A stretch of 64,000 bases of DNA from Ignavibacteriota bacterium (GCA_963801355.1 CAWDEM010000008.1:1856001-1920000); one strand, 5' to 3'. Positions 1 through 9,681 are shown, counted from the first letter of the stretch. Program-made: numbers and translations. The notes: generated from the sequence alone by a model not told the origin.

Positions 1-1663
1 AGCCGTTGTACTTGGAGATCTCAGCGAAATTCGGATACACGCACCACTGCCCGATCTCGTGGCTGATGACCGGCACCGGGCGTTCCTGGATATAGGATCG
101 GTAGTCGGTAGTGGTTTCGGGAGGACGGGCGTTGATACGTGAGCCAAGGCCCTTACCCCATGCCTGGATGCGTGGCTTAGGAGTCACATGAAACTGGTTT
201 TCCGGGATCTGGGGCCAGCCGGCACCGGACGAATAGAGCCTGCGTGAGTCCAGTGCTTTGCAGTGATCGACCCATCGGGCAAGATACGCTCCGCTTTTTG
301 CACCGCCCGGCTCGTTGCCATAGAGCATGAATAAGAATGACGGATGATTTCCGTATTCACGAAGTATGCAGTCGGTCTCCGCATACACCCAGCGATCCAC
401 GGGCTTGCCGTCCCCCAGAGAAGTCGATTGGTTCGCCCAGGATGCAGCTTCGACGTGAAGATAGAAGCCCATCTCGTCCGCTGCCGCAAAGGCAGCTTCA
501 GGCGGGCACCAGGAGTGAAAGCGGAAAAGGTTCAGGCCATGGGCCTTCGCGGCGCCAATCACGCGCTTCCACGAATCGACGTCGGTTGGAGGATGACCAG
601 TCGCCGGAAAGATCGCGCATTCGAGCGTTCCGCGAAGAAACAGCTTTTGTCCGTTCAGCAGCAGCTGCGATCCCGCCGCAGATATATCCCGCAGCCCGAA
701 GGTCACTGATTTGCTGTGCTTCCCGCCATCAAGCACCGCAGTCAGCATGTACAGTGCCGGGTTGAATTCATTCCAGACGCGAGCAGTGTCGCCCATGGGA
801 ATCTTCACCGCAAATGACCCGCCACCGGGTTCCCATCCCACCCGGATTCTGACGCCGGGGCGATTGGCAACGGTCACGGTTATTGCGCCTTTTCCGGATC
901 GCCCCGTGACATTTCCAATCGTTCCCTGTACCTCCACGGTTCTGTTCGACGCATCAGGAGAGACCCGCAGATCGTCGATCCAGATGGGTGGTGTTGAGCG
1001 AAGTTCCAACCGTCCAACGAGACCGTTCCAGTTTCCCTGGGTATGATCTGTAATGCTGTGTGAATTCACTCCTATGTCCACGACAATGCTATTGTCGACA
1101 CGGACTGTGATTTGGTGCCGGCCGGGTTTCCGCGATGTTCCCAGGTCATACACATGCGGCGTGGAGAGGCTGGTATTCCTTCCCACTTCCCTGCCATCGC
1201 ACCACACTTGGGTCACCCAATGAGGTCGTTCGAGCATGAGCACGACCCGCTTCGTCCTCCAACCTGATGGCAGGTCGAAATCACGTTGATACCAAGCCGC
1301 GCCCGCGTAGTACTTGTCAGGCTGCAACCAGAACGGCACCTTGACCTGTTGCGAACGCCTGTAACGTTCGTAGTCCGGCGACGTGAACCAGGTGCTATCC
1401 AGGATGTCACCGGTCCACTTCGTCGCGGCAGTGACATCATCTCCGATCCCCCGCCCGGGCAAAGACCCCGGCAGAAGGATCGTCCCCGGAAGCAACCTGT
1501 CGAACCATCGTTCCTCGATCCCGACATTTGTGCGGTCGAGTTGAAACCGCCACTCACCAGCCAACGCAATTGATGCCTCCGCACACCGAGCGGAAGGGTG
1601 TGGAAGACAGCAAGCACAGATTATGGTCGGCACAACAACCAGGACGAAACGCAAGTGCTCCAT
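1..1663 (-). CDS. Glycoside hydrolase family 2 protein, runs off the left edge (absent from the ORF track)
   Basis: Manual translation from ATG 1663 (AGGAG upstream): signal peptide, LAGEWRFQLD, LERPHW, HSITDHTQGNWNG, FLRGTLEC, RFHSWCPP, NHPSF..GNE and SHEIGQW motifs; frame consistent to position 2. Confidence 0.9.
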   Translation of the reverse strand, partial: MEHLRFVLVVVPTIICACCLPHPSARCAEASIALAGEWRFQLDRTNVGIEERWFDRLLPGTILLPGSLPGRGIGDDVTAATKWTGDILDSTWFTSPDYERYRRSQQVKVPFWLQPDKYYAGAAWYQRDFDLPSGWRTKRVVLMLERPHWVTQVWCDGREVGRNTSLSTPHVYDLGTSRKPGRHQITVRVDNSIVVDIGVNSHSITDHTQGNWNGLVGRLELRSTPPIWIDDLRVSPDASNRTVEVQGTIGNVTGRSGKGAITVTVANRPGVRIRVGWEPGGGSFAVKIPMGDTARVWNEFNPALYMLTAVLDGGKHSKSVTFGLRDISAAGSQLLLNGQKLFLRGTLECAIFPATGHPPTDVDSWKRVIGAAKAHGLNLFRFHSWCPPEAAFAAADEMGFYLHVEAASWANQSTSLGDGKPVDRWVYAETDCILREYGNHPSFLFMLYGNEPGGAKSGAYLARWVDHCKALDSRRLYSSGAGWPQIPENQFHVTPKPRIQAWGKGLGSRINARPPETTTDYRSYIQERPVPVISHEIGQWCVYPNFAEISKYNG

Positions 1664-1687
1664 TGGGAGCCTCTCCTGTGAGGATTC

Positions 1688-1774
1688 TTACATCGAAAGA
1701 GCACCATTGACGAGGCACACCCCCTCGCCGAGCTTCTCGAGGATCTTGTACTGGGAAACAGTCTTGCCGATCAT
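1688..1774 (-). pseudogene. Ser/Thr kinase N-terminal stub (28 codons, first 18 kinase-like)
   Basis: Reads MIGKTVSQYKILEKLGEG, matching the starts of the kinases at 4812 and 38387, then unrelated sequence and TAA. Confidence 0.8.
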
Positions 1775-1862
1775 GGGACATCTAGACGGATGTGTATGAT
1801 CCCGACGGCACGGAGAATCAGCAATACGGTGGCAATATAGGGTAGGGTGGCATGGGAGTCAA
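1775..1862 (-). promoter_or_regulatory. Sigma70-type promoter plus conserved kinase 5' leader (copy A)
   Basis: TTGACT (1862-1857), 17 bp, TATATT (1839-1834); leader homologous to 4813-4899 and 38388-38475. Confidence 0.75.
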
Positions 1863-2305
1863 ACGGGTGTCGAACAGGCAGGGATATCAGGGTACCGCAG
1901 GAGCCCCCAAGAGAAAACCCCGAAGCACGGGAGTTCGCACTTCGGGGTCATTCGCTCCGCGAGAGGCTTGAAAACTCGAACTACATTCTCCTCAAAATCC
2001 CCATTGAAATCCACAATCTGGGGCACGGCCAGCGGCTCATTTGCATGGATGGTGAGCGTTTGCCAAAGGAGCTGGGGGTCACAAGTCAAGAAATCGACAG
2101 TTTGCGTCAGGTCGGCTTGGTCCGGCCCCTGCCACAGAAGCCGGAACCGAAGATCCGCATCGACTACTCAGCCCTTCAGCAGACATACCGCCGGATGCTC
2201 GCGGATGGCCCCTTCTCAAACCAGACCGAACTCGCTCGTCACCTGGGAGTCAGCAGGGTCTGGGTGAGCAGGGTGTTGAAGGGAATTAGGAGAAAGGCCG
2301 ACTGA
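1847..2305 (+). CDS. Small HTH DNA-binding protein of mobile elements (start uncertain, possibly remnant)
   Basis: C-terminal [35 protein letters not shown]; 5' part overlaps an att-like relic and an opposite-strand promoter. Confidence 0.55.
   Translation: MAWESNGCRTGRDIRVPQEPPRENPEAREFALRGHSLRERLENSNYILLKIPIEIHNLGHGQRLICMDGERLPKELGVTSQEIDSLRQVGLVRPLPQKPEPKIRIDYSALQQTYRRMLADGPFSNQTELARHLGVSRVWVSRVLKGIRRKAD
1952..1983 (-). repeat. Degenerate copy of tRNA-Asn 3' end (att-like)
   Basis: tcgctccgcgag-aggcttgaaa-actcgaacta versus tcgctccgcgag-cagg-actcgaacta at 31535; upstream agttcgcac.tc.gg.tc also matches 5992-6009. Confidence 0.6.
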
Positions 2306-2340
2306 TGTTGGCCATTCGGTGATGGGATCCCGCGTGAGGT

Positions 2341-2463
2341 CGGCAGGAACTTCAGGGCCACTGTGCGCGTGAGCTTCAGGTCCTCGGCCTTGTAGACGAC
2401 GCCCATGCCGCCTTCACTGAGTTTCGAGAGGATCCTGTCGTGGGAAACAGTCTGGCCGATCTT
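2341..2463 (-). pseudogene. Second Ser/Thr kinase N-terminal stub (41 codons)
   Basis: [41 protein letters not shown]; AAG sits where the paralogues have ATG; homology stops after FLP. Confidence 0.85.
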
Positions 2464-2505
2464 GGGGCTTTCCACAAGCGTATGAAGTCTGTCAGGTGAT
2501 AGATC

Positions 2506-4812
2506 TCAAGCTTCCGGTAAGGGCAAATTTATCCGTTTCATCAACTCCAGGAAGCGCGGGTCGGAATGCAGGAAATTGAAAAGGGGGTTTCCCCTTATTT
2601 CGGGGAACAGCGGGGCCCGCGGCTCGTAGTACAGCCACCGGATTGCTTCCTCCCTGTCGCCGAGAGCAGCGTGCAGTTCCGCCCGCCGCAAAGCCCACCA
2701 GGGAGTGGTTTTCAGTTGCTCTATTTCAGCCAGCACTTTCCGGGCATCCTCCACTCTGCCGGCTACCGCATAGGCAATGCCGATGTATGACCTGTATGCG
2801 GGCGCGACCTCTCCGGCCTTTTTGAATGCGGCAAAGGCATCCTCGAACCTGCGCTGGTCCGTATATGTGCGCCCCAGTACCATGTGGGCGATCGGATTGT
2901 TGGGGTCGATATCGATTGCCCTGCGGCATTCGGCGATGGCTTCATCGAAACGGCCCAGCCTGCGGTAGACATCCCCGAGCCAGGCTGTGTGCAGCGGCAA
3001 GAGGGGATCGAGTTCCTGGGCACGCTTGTGCTCGACGAGAGCCTCGTCCATCCGCCCGAGGATCACATGAAACCAGGAGAGATGGTAATAGGCGATCGCA
3101 AGATGGGGATTGATGCTGATCGCCTTCTTCATCAGCCGGATGGCTGATACCCAGTCATAGTCGTAGTACGCCTTGAGGAAGCCCAGCGGGACATAGGGCA
3201 TGTCCAGCGTGCTGTCTAGCTGGATGGCCCTCTCAACGGCAGCTCTTGCGAATGAGAGCGCTTCAGGCGGTGGGTCAGGACCGTGAGCGATCGTCATGTA
3301 ACCATGCGCCAGGCCGGCATAGGCCCTCGCGTCTCCCGGGTCCCTGTCCACGGCCTCCTTGAGGTATGCCAGGCCCTTCTTCTGTGCCTCCGGGGTCGCC
3401 TTGTTCAACCAGTACATCCCCCGGAGGTACGCCTCGTACGTTTCAGGGTCAACCGGCCGTGCCTTCGCGAGCTCTTCGGCCTTACCCGGGGTAAGCCTTA
3501 GCTTGAGCTGCGCTGCTATTGCGGAAACGATCTCGTTCTGGAGCGACAGCACGTCACGCAGCTCCCGTTCGTATCGCTCAGCCCAGAGCGAGCCCTCGGT
3601 CACCGGATCTATGAGCTGCGCGGTCACACGTATCGAGTTCCCTACCCGCACGACGGCGCCGGTCAGCAGGGCATCAACATTCAATTCCCTCGCGATCTCT
3701 CCGATGGGCGTTCCCTTCCCCTTGAATCGCATGACCGACGAACGGGAGATCACTCTCTTCAGACCGCCGGCCTTCGCGAGATCCGTGATCAGGGCATCGT
3801 GGATCCCATCGACAAGGTATTCCTGTTCAGCGTCCCCCGAGAGATTTTCCAGCGGAAGAACGGCAATCGACTCAATGCCACCCGCCTTCCAGACTCCGCT
3901 CCAGAAAAGCACCCCCGCAGCCACGAGGAGCAGGGCAAGGACAGCCCCGGCGTAGACGAGCGGCCTGTGAGTCACGACCAGCCTCCGGAGCCCGATCCTT
4001 TTTTCCGCACTCCCCGACAGCACATCCAGGTCCAGGAGTATCTCATCCGCCGATTGGTACCGTTCCTCCTTATCCTTCCGGAGGAGTTTCTGGACGAGCG
4101 CCTCGAGCTCAGCCGGGACCTCTGGGTTGTACTTTGTTGCCGGCGTGGGGGTGTCGTTCAGGATCGAATAGACCACCGCCGTCTCGTATTCCGACTGGAA
4201 CGGGAGCCGGCCGGTCAGAAGCTCGTACAGCACAACGCCGAACGACCAGAGATCTGTCCGCTGGTCAACCTCTTCTCCCCGTGCCTGCTCCGGTGACATG
4301 TACGTCACCGTGCCGGCTGTGCTGCCATCCCGGGTGAGTTGGGTGCGGCCGGCCAGTTTCGCGAGCCCGAAATCCATGATCTTGACCTGCCCGTCGGCGG
4401 TCAGCATGATGTTTGAGCTCTTGATATCGCGGTGGGTGATCTTCTTTCGGTGGGCAGCCTGGAGGCCCCGGGCAATTTGTCGAGCAAAGTCGAGGACTTC
4501 AGGAATCGTCCGCGACCCCTTCTCGATTCGATCCTTCAGCGTCATCCCCTCGACGTACGCCATGGCGATGAAAGGGGATCCGTCGGCCTCATCGACTTCA
4601 TAGATCGTGCAGATATTGGGATGGTCGAGTTGAGCGATGACCTGCGCTTCGCGGATGAGGCGAGCTTTCTCTTTCTCCCCGACGGTGGGAGGAAGGAACT
4701 TCAGCGCGACAGTGCGGGTGAGCTTCAGATCCTCGGCTTTGTAGACGACACCCATGCCGCCTTCGCCGAGCTTCGAGAGGATCCTGTAGTGGGAAACAAC
4801 TTCACCGACCAT
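2506..4812 (-). CDS. Hanks-type Ser/Thr kinase with TM helix, TolB-N-like domain and TPR repeats
   Basis: [35 protein letters not shown]; hydrophobic segment; IAVLPLENLS; TPR repeats. Confidence 0.95.
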   Translation of the reverse strand: MVGEVVSHYRILSKLGEGGMGVVYKAEDLKLTRTVALKFLPPTVGEKEKARLIREAQVIAQLDHPNICTIYEVDEADGSPFIAMAYVEGMTLKDRIEKGSRTIPEVLDFARQIARGLQAAHRKKITHRDIKSSNIMLTADGQVKIMDFGLAKLAGRTQLTRDGSTAGTVTYMSPEQARGEEVDQRTDLWSFGVVLYELLTGRLPFQSEYETAVVYSILNDTPTPATKYNPEVPAELEALVQKLLRKDKEERYQSADEILLDLDVLSGSAEKRIGLRRLVVTHRPLVYAGAVLALLLVAAGVLFWSGVWKAGGIESIAVLPLENLSGDAEQEYLVDGIHDALITDLAKAGGLKRVISRSSVMRFKGKGTPIGEIARELNVDALLTGAVVRVGNSIRVTAQLIDPVTEGSLWAERYERELRDVLSLQNEIVSAIAAQLKLRLTPGKAEELAKARPVDPETYEAYLRGMYWLNKATPEAQKKGLAYLKEAVDRDPGDARAYAGLAHGYMTIAHGPDPPPEALSFARAAVERAIQLDSTLDMPYVPLGFLKAYYDYDWVSAIRLMKKAISINPHLAIAYYHLSWFHVILGRMDEALVEHKRAQELDPLLPLHTAWLGDVYRRLGRFDEAIAECRRAIDIDPNNPIAHMVLGRTYTDQRRFEDAFAAFKKAGEVAPAYRSYIGIAYAVAGRVEDARKVLAEIEQLKTTPWWALRRAELHAALGDREEAIRWLYYEPRAPLFPEIRGNPLFNFLHSDPRFLELMKRINLPLPEA

Positions 4813-4899
4813 GGGAATCTCCACGTGCGTGCATGATTCCTACGGCAGGAACAATCAGCGGTACGACGACAAGATACGGCGGGGAACCGCCATAGTCAA
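4813..4899 (-). promoter_or_regulatory. Sigma70-type promoter plus conserved kinase 5' leader (copy B)
   Basis: TTGACT (4899-4894), 17 bp, TATCTT (4876-4871); hairpin ttcct-gccgt-aggaa. Confidence 0.75.
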
Positions 4900-5027
4900 A
4901 CGGGACGGGCGGACGGCTGACATCAGGAAGCTGACATCAGGAAAGTCGTACTTGCAGAGGGGTCCGAAGAGAGTCTGAAAAGACGAAGACTCAAAGCCAT
5001 CATCCCTCGGTGGTTTGAGTCTTCGTG

Positions 5028-5534
5028 TCAATCGCTCCCAGGCCGGGAATGAGAAAGAAGCTCCCGTAAGAAAAGCAGATCCAGTGCATCCTTCTCCCTC
5101 CCAGTCTGCTTCATTCGCAGGAGCAGGCGGGGAGACGCGAATGGGATTGGAACGCCGGCCACTTCGACAATAGTCACTTCCGACTGCGCCTCAGCGAAGC
5201 GAATACCGCCGGCCGAAAGCAGCAGGTCGACAACTATTTCGTCGGCCACGCGCACCACAACATATCGTTCGAGATCTCCCTCCCGAAGTTCGGTCACGGC
5301 TTTGTCCGGGAGTATCTCGAGCGCTTTGCGCACCGCCGCCTGGTTCTCCGGAGACGCATCGATGAGAAGGTCAACGTCCTCCGTACCCCGTACGAAGCCA
5401 GCTTGAATCATCGCCATGCCGCCGATGACGATGTACTTTGCCTTGCGTACGTTCAGTTCGCGGCAGAGGGTCAGCAAATCATTCAGGGTCGGCGGACGGG
5501 ATTCCGCCGCCGCGCCATCATCTTGATCGACCAC
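5028..5534 (-). CDS. Pol-beta-superfamily nucleotidyltransferase-like protein
   Basis: YIVIGGMAM..GFVRGTEDVDLL, VDLL and K.TGREKDALD motifs. Confidence 0.8.
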   Translation of the reverse strand: MVDQDDGAAAESRPPTLNDLLTLCRELNVRKAKYIVIGGMAMIQAGFVRGTEDVDLLIDASPENQAAVRKALEILPDKAVTELREGDLERYVVVRVADEIVVDLLLSAGGIRFAEAQSEVTIVEVAGVPIPFASPRLLLRMKQTGREKDALDLLFLRELLSHSRPGSD

Positions 5535-5686
5535 TGTTGACTTTCCTTGAAGCTGGAGAATCGATGAACGCCTTTAGGGATGAAGGGCTTCTTTCCGCGT
5601 AGAGACACGATGAGCTCCAGAAATGGAGCGGCCTGAAGAAGTCCTCCTCGTGAACGGCGTGAACCGACCACCTTCATTTCATTCAT
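5483..5686 (-). CDS. Small basic partner protein upstream of the nucleotidyltransferase
   Basis: 67 aa, overlaps the NTase start, contains PKGVHRFSSFKESQQW. Confidence 0.6.
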   Translation of the reverse strand: MNEMKVVGSRRSRGGLLQAAPFLELIVSLRGKKPFIPKGVHRFSSFKESQQWSIKMMARRRNPVRRP

Positions 5687-5740
5687 GGTTGCGCGTCAAA
5701 GTCGAAGATAGCTGATCGAATGTATCAGATATGGGTGTGA

Positions 5741-6040
5741 AAGGCAAGGCAACGAGAGAGGATAGATGGGGGCAAGGTAGACAGGAAGATCATGCAAGGC
5801 ATGCTTTCAGACTTCCTCTCGCTTTACGAGACATTCGACAAGGACCGGAAGAGACAGCTCAACCAGATCCTCTTTTCGGCCATTATCTCGTTCTTCAAGA
5901 GAGGGACCACAGAAGGAGAGCTTGAGCTGAGAATCCGTGGAAATGGCGTGATAAAGAAGACCTGGGAGGACATAAAAAAAGGGAACCCGATAGTTCGCAC
6001 ATCAGGTTCCCTTGGCTCCGCGAGCAGGACTCGAACTAAC
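5741..6040 (+). pseudogene. Probable C-terminal remnant of a large serine recombinase reading into the att site
   Basis: IDGGKVDRKIMQGMLSDFLSLYETFDKDRKRQLNQILFSAII resembles LSR tails; runs into GSASRTRT encoded by the tRNA 3' copy; no catalytic domain present. Confidence 0.45.
6015..6036 (-). repeat. att-like copy of tRNA-Asn 3' end (22 bp)
   Basis: gctccgcgagcaggactcgaac identical to 39347-39368. Confidence 0.9.
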
Positions 6041-6266
6041 GTAGAGTGCATCAACAAGGCGAATCTGAGCGGGATCCGGCACTTCACTCGCTCAGATTTT
6101 CGCCTTCTTCGCTATTTTGAACTAACGAGGGGACAATTAGGGGACAGTGAAAAACCACAGCGTCATGAGGAGCTCATGACGGGAAAGAGCACACACACTC
6201 AGAAGGACGCATAGCTCATCATGCGGCTGTTACGGTTTCTGATGATCGTCAATCAATCACTGCGTC

Positions 6267-6962
6267 TCACGCCATGTCAGCTGCCGCCGGGTTCCCGTCA
6301 ACCGCACCATCACTCGTCGGCAGGAGAATACTGACTACAATCATCGGGACGGCTTTGTTCTGAGCGATGAGATTGTCGAGGATGAAGTTCACCCGACCCA
6401 CCTTGAACCACGTCTCCTCTGTATCTGTAGTGCCACTGATCAAATAGAACACCGGGTATTTCTTGCTGTTCTGACAATATCCCGGCGGAGTATAGACGAC
6501 CAACGGACGAAGTTCATTCATCGACTTTGATTTGTAATAGCAGTGGGTGATCTCGCCGTGCAGAACATCCTGGGCGGCATATACTGCCGGCGTCTGGCCC
6601 GGGATATCGACCAAACTGCTCTTGAATCGTTCGTTTGGGAAAATATCAACATTGTTGGGATCACCAACCATGACACTATCGACAATGAAGAAGTATGGGT
6701 AGAGATTTGGTTCAACTGGGCCAAGCGTGATGCTCCATACGCCGGCAGTATCGCGCTTCAGGGCTTGTGGCTCCTTGATGAATTGAGAACTCAACTCGAC
6801 CTTCTTCGCACTGGGAGCTTTGAAATTGAACGTCACCGTTCGATCGGGGTGTACTATCGGCGATTCTACCGGTTGAACCCGTGGCCGCTGTGCGTTGAGG
6901 GCAACAGGCAGAGCGACCATGAAAGACAATACGACCGCGCTCAGTATCATTTTCCTTTCCAT
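6267..6962 (-). pseudogene. CBM48-esterase (CE1-like), C-terminally truncated
   Basis: Signal peptide, SPIVHPDRTVTFNFKAPSA, VYTPPGY, YPVFYLISG, ILDNLIA..PMIVV, then abrupt end with no GxSxG motif. Confidence 0.8.
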
Positions 6963-7033
6963 GTAACTATCCTTCATCTATGTTTGCTATAGCGAAGAAC
7001 CCTGGGACACGCACCCAGGGGTGTTCACGCTGA

Positions 7034-9442
7034 TCATTTTGTTTCTTCAAAGACCATTTTGTCAAGGTTCAAGTAGTCACCGTCTACGACCAGTTTCAGC
7101 AGATGTTGACCGGCATCAAGTTTCGCTGTTCTCTTCACCACTCGCCAGTTTTGAAATCCTTCTGTATTGGGGATCGATACAATCCCCGTCTTGTCTACAC
7201 CATCACATTCCAGATGCAACTTCCCACTGTCGTACGATGAAGCAACGTAGAATGAAACCTCGTACGATGTCGATTGGCTGACATTGACTCTGTATACCAT
7301 CCATTCGCCGGCATGGGTCCAACCCACATTGTAACCTCCGGCAGTGCATCTTTCGATGTCCACACCCTGGTTGAGGCGATATTGCCCGCCTTCATTGATA
7401 TCGTCTGTGTCATAGTGGGCATCACCCGGGCAACCAGTATCGAAGTCTTCAGCTTCAATGGTTCCCGGAATGGTATTCGGTTTGAAAGCTTCCTCCTTCA
7501 TCTCGCAGACCTCCTCAAGTCTCCAACCGAAAACTTGACCAACTTTCGATTTACGTACTCCCGCCTTGGTTCCTTCGGTAATGGGAGTGATCACGGATAG
7601 GCTGATATCGGGGAATTGCTTATTTGAAATATTGAACAATCCGTTGTGCGCATCTTCGATCTTCCAGATTTGGTTCTCTTCCGCTGCAAATGTCGACATT
7701 GCCAGGTCGTGACTCGTGATGCTGCACTCGAGGCCTTTTAGGCTATTTGCCCGGTTCAGAATTCTGTACAGACCCTTCCCTTCAGATTCCAGCTTCCATT
7801 GGTTTGCACTGTCCTTCCGTTTGCCGGAGAGTGTCAAATCTGAGCCAAGCACCAGACTGCGTGTGATATCGCCTGGCACGATGTAGTAATGCGGGGCGCA
7901 ACTAAGGTCAGCATAGGTATCGAGTCTGGGAATTTTGCCATCGAAGCGAAGCTTCAGAACGTATGCCAGGTCTTCGAAAGAACGTTGCTCGGGCAAACCA
8001 ACGTGGAGTCCTTCTGTGTCTTGCTTGAAAGTCAACCGCTGGTATTTTCCGACCTTGCCATCGATAAGGTCAACAGATTTCAGGTCCCTGCAGTCAATTC
8101 TGTGGGAAGACAGCGATGTGAGCAGGACTTCTTTTTGACCTTTTTCCCAACCGAGCAGAATTGCGTAGAGTGTGGAGTTGTCTTTCGATCTGGTGTAGCG
8201 AATATCTTTGGCTGTTCCTTCAGTCGGAGCCGCCATGATTCCATACGCAGCTCCCATTTTTGTAGGGCCTTCTCCGTATTTCTCCCATGCACGCGTTGCA
8301 TACACAGCCTCACCGTACTTTCCTAACCATGCACCCATGGCAAGCAAAACGTCTTTCTGCTCCTGCGGTATTGTGCCATCAGCTTTTGGAGAAATGTTGA
8401 GGAGCAAGTTCCCATTCTTGCTTATTCTGTCGAAAAAGCCATGAAGTATCTGTTTCCTGGAATAGTATCCTATTCCCTCGGTGTAGCACCAGCTTGACGC
8501 GCTGATTGCATCATCGGTAAGCCAGTAGTCGTTGGTAATATCGGCGGGACCTCCGCGCTCGTAGTCCAAGACAGCGCACTTGCTGTTCAGGCCATCTTTG
8601 TATGTGGCTACCACTTCCTTGTTCCATTCAGCAGCTCTATTGTAGTAGTAAGCCAGGAATTGTAGAAGGACGGGTTCTGAAATAGCCCGAAGGTTGAAAT
8701 CCTGCCAAACGATGTCGGGTCTATAGTTATCGATAATCTCCTCAAGCTTGCCTAACCAAAAGGCTTCGTTTTTTTCTTTTCCCTGCTGGCCGTAAAGCAT
8801 GTGAAGTTTTGGATCATTGGTTTGAGGCACTGTGGAATAGTATCCGGTAATGTTGTAAGCGTGATGCATAGAAAGGAATACTCTCATATCTTTCTTGCGA
8901 ATGGCATCCGTCAACAAACCCACCAAATCAAGTTTCGGACCCATATCTTTTGCATTCCAGGGATTGATCTTGCTTGCCCACATCGAAAAGCCGTCGTGAT
9001 GCTCAGCCACCGGGCCGGCAAATCTGGCTCCTGCTTCGGCAAAGAGCTGCGCCCATTCTTCAGGGTCGAATTTGCCTCCTTCTGACTTGAGTCTAGGTGC
9101 AAACTGTACAAAACCACCTTGTCTGTCCTTTGCTCCTGTTATGAAGTTGCTGTATGGCCACTCAGACACGTCGCCATATGTCTCAGTATGGTGCTTGTAC
9201 TCTGGAGACCCCCCTATGTACATACTGCGAGGATACCATTCGTTTGAAAATGCCGGGACAGAGTACACTCCCCAGTGGAAATAGATGCCAAGCTTGGCAT
9301 CTTTGAACCACTCGGGGACCGGGTTCGACTTCTCCAATGAGGAAAAACTAGGTCGAAAACTTGGCTTTTGAGCTTGACCAAAGATGCTGACGGTCAGTCC
9401 TGCAATACACAGCAATAGGAGAACTGCTGATGTGCATTTCAT
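7034..9442 (-). CDS. GH29 alpha-L-fucosidase with ricin-like and CBM6-like C-terminal domains
   Basis: PEWFKDAKLGIYFHWGVYSVP, EHHDGF, WQD, SKNGNLLLNISP; IPGTIEAEDFD. Confidence 0.92.
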   Translation of the reverse strand: MKCTSAVLLLLCIAGLTVSIFGQAQKPSFRPSFSSLEKSNPVPEWFKDAKLGIYFHWGVYSVPAFSNEWYPRSMYIGGSPEYKHHTETYGDVSEWPYSNFITGAKDRQGGFVQFAPRLKSEGGKFDPEEWAQLFAEAGARFAGPVAEHHDGFSMWASKINPWNAKDMGPKLDLVGLLTDAIRKKDMRVFLSMHHAYNITGYYSTVPQTNDPKLHMLYGQQGKEKNEAFWLGKLEEIIDNYRPDIVWQDFNLRAISEPVLLQFLAYYYNRAAEWNKEVVATYKDGLNSKCAVLDYERGGPADITNDYWLTDDAISASSWCYTEGIGYYSRKQILHGFFDRISKNGNLLLNISPKADGTIPQEQKDVLLAMGAWLGKYGEAVYATRAWEKYGEGPTKMGAAYGIMAAPTEGTAKDIRYTRSKDNSTLYAILLGWEKGQKEVLLTSLSSHRIDCRDLKSVDLIDGKVGKYQRLTFKQDTEGLHVGLPEQRSFEDLAYVLKLRFDGKIPRLDTYADLSCAPHYYIVPGDITRSLVLGSDLTLSGKRKDSANQWKLESEGKGLYRILNRANSLKGLECSITSHDLAMSTFAAEENQIWKIEDAHNGLFNISNKQFPDISLSVITPITEGTKAGVRKSKVGQVFGWRLEEVCEMKEEAFKPNTIPGTIEAEDFDTGCPGDAHYDTDDINEGGQYRLNQGVDIERCTAGGYNVGWTHAGEWMVYRVNVSQSTSYEVSFYVASSYDSGKLHLECDGVDKTGIVSIPNTEGFQNWRVVKRTAKLDAGQHLLKLVVDGDYLNLDKMVFEETK

Positions 9443-9477
9443 GGCTGCTTGCCTGTCTGAAGATCAACAATTCTAGC

Positions 9478-9630
9478 TACGGGCATCACTCCGATGCCCC
9501 GCTTATCACACTCGCGTACAAAATGCCGTAGTCTTGCCGGGAGAGCATCTTTGGCCTCCGTATACACTGCATACGGAACAAAAACACGCACCTGATGGAG
9601 ATTGAGACTCTTCGCCAAGTCAAGATCCCA
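9478..9630 (-). pseudogene. Internal fragment of a clan GH-A (GH5-like) hydrolase
   Basis: Manual translation WDLDLAKSLNLHQVRVFVPYAVYTEAKDALPARLRHFVRECDKRGIGVMPV. Confidence 0.5.
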
Positions 9631-9681
9631 CTTGTCTTTCCACTCGTTATCTCTCCTTCCATTACTGCAGACATCGACTCG

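Noticed and set aside
1688-4812. Kinase stubs as template/variable repeats of a diversity-generating retroelement
   Set aside because: No reverse transcriptase in the window; differences are not adenine-specific and involve the conserved N-terminus
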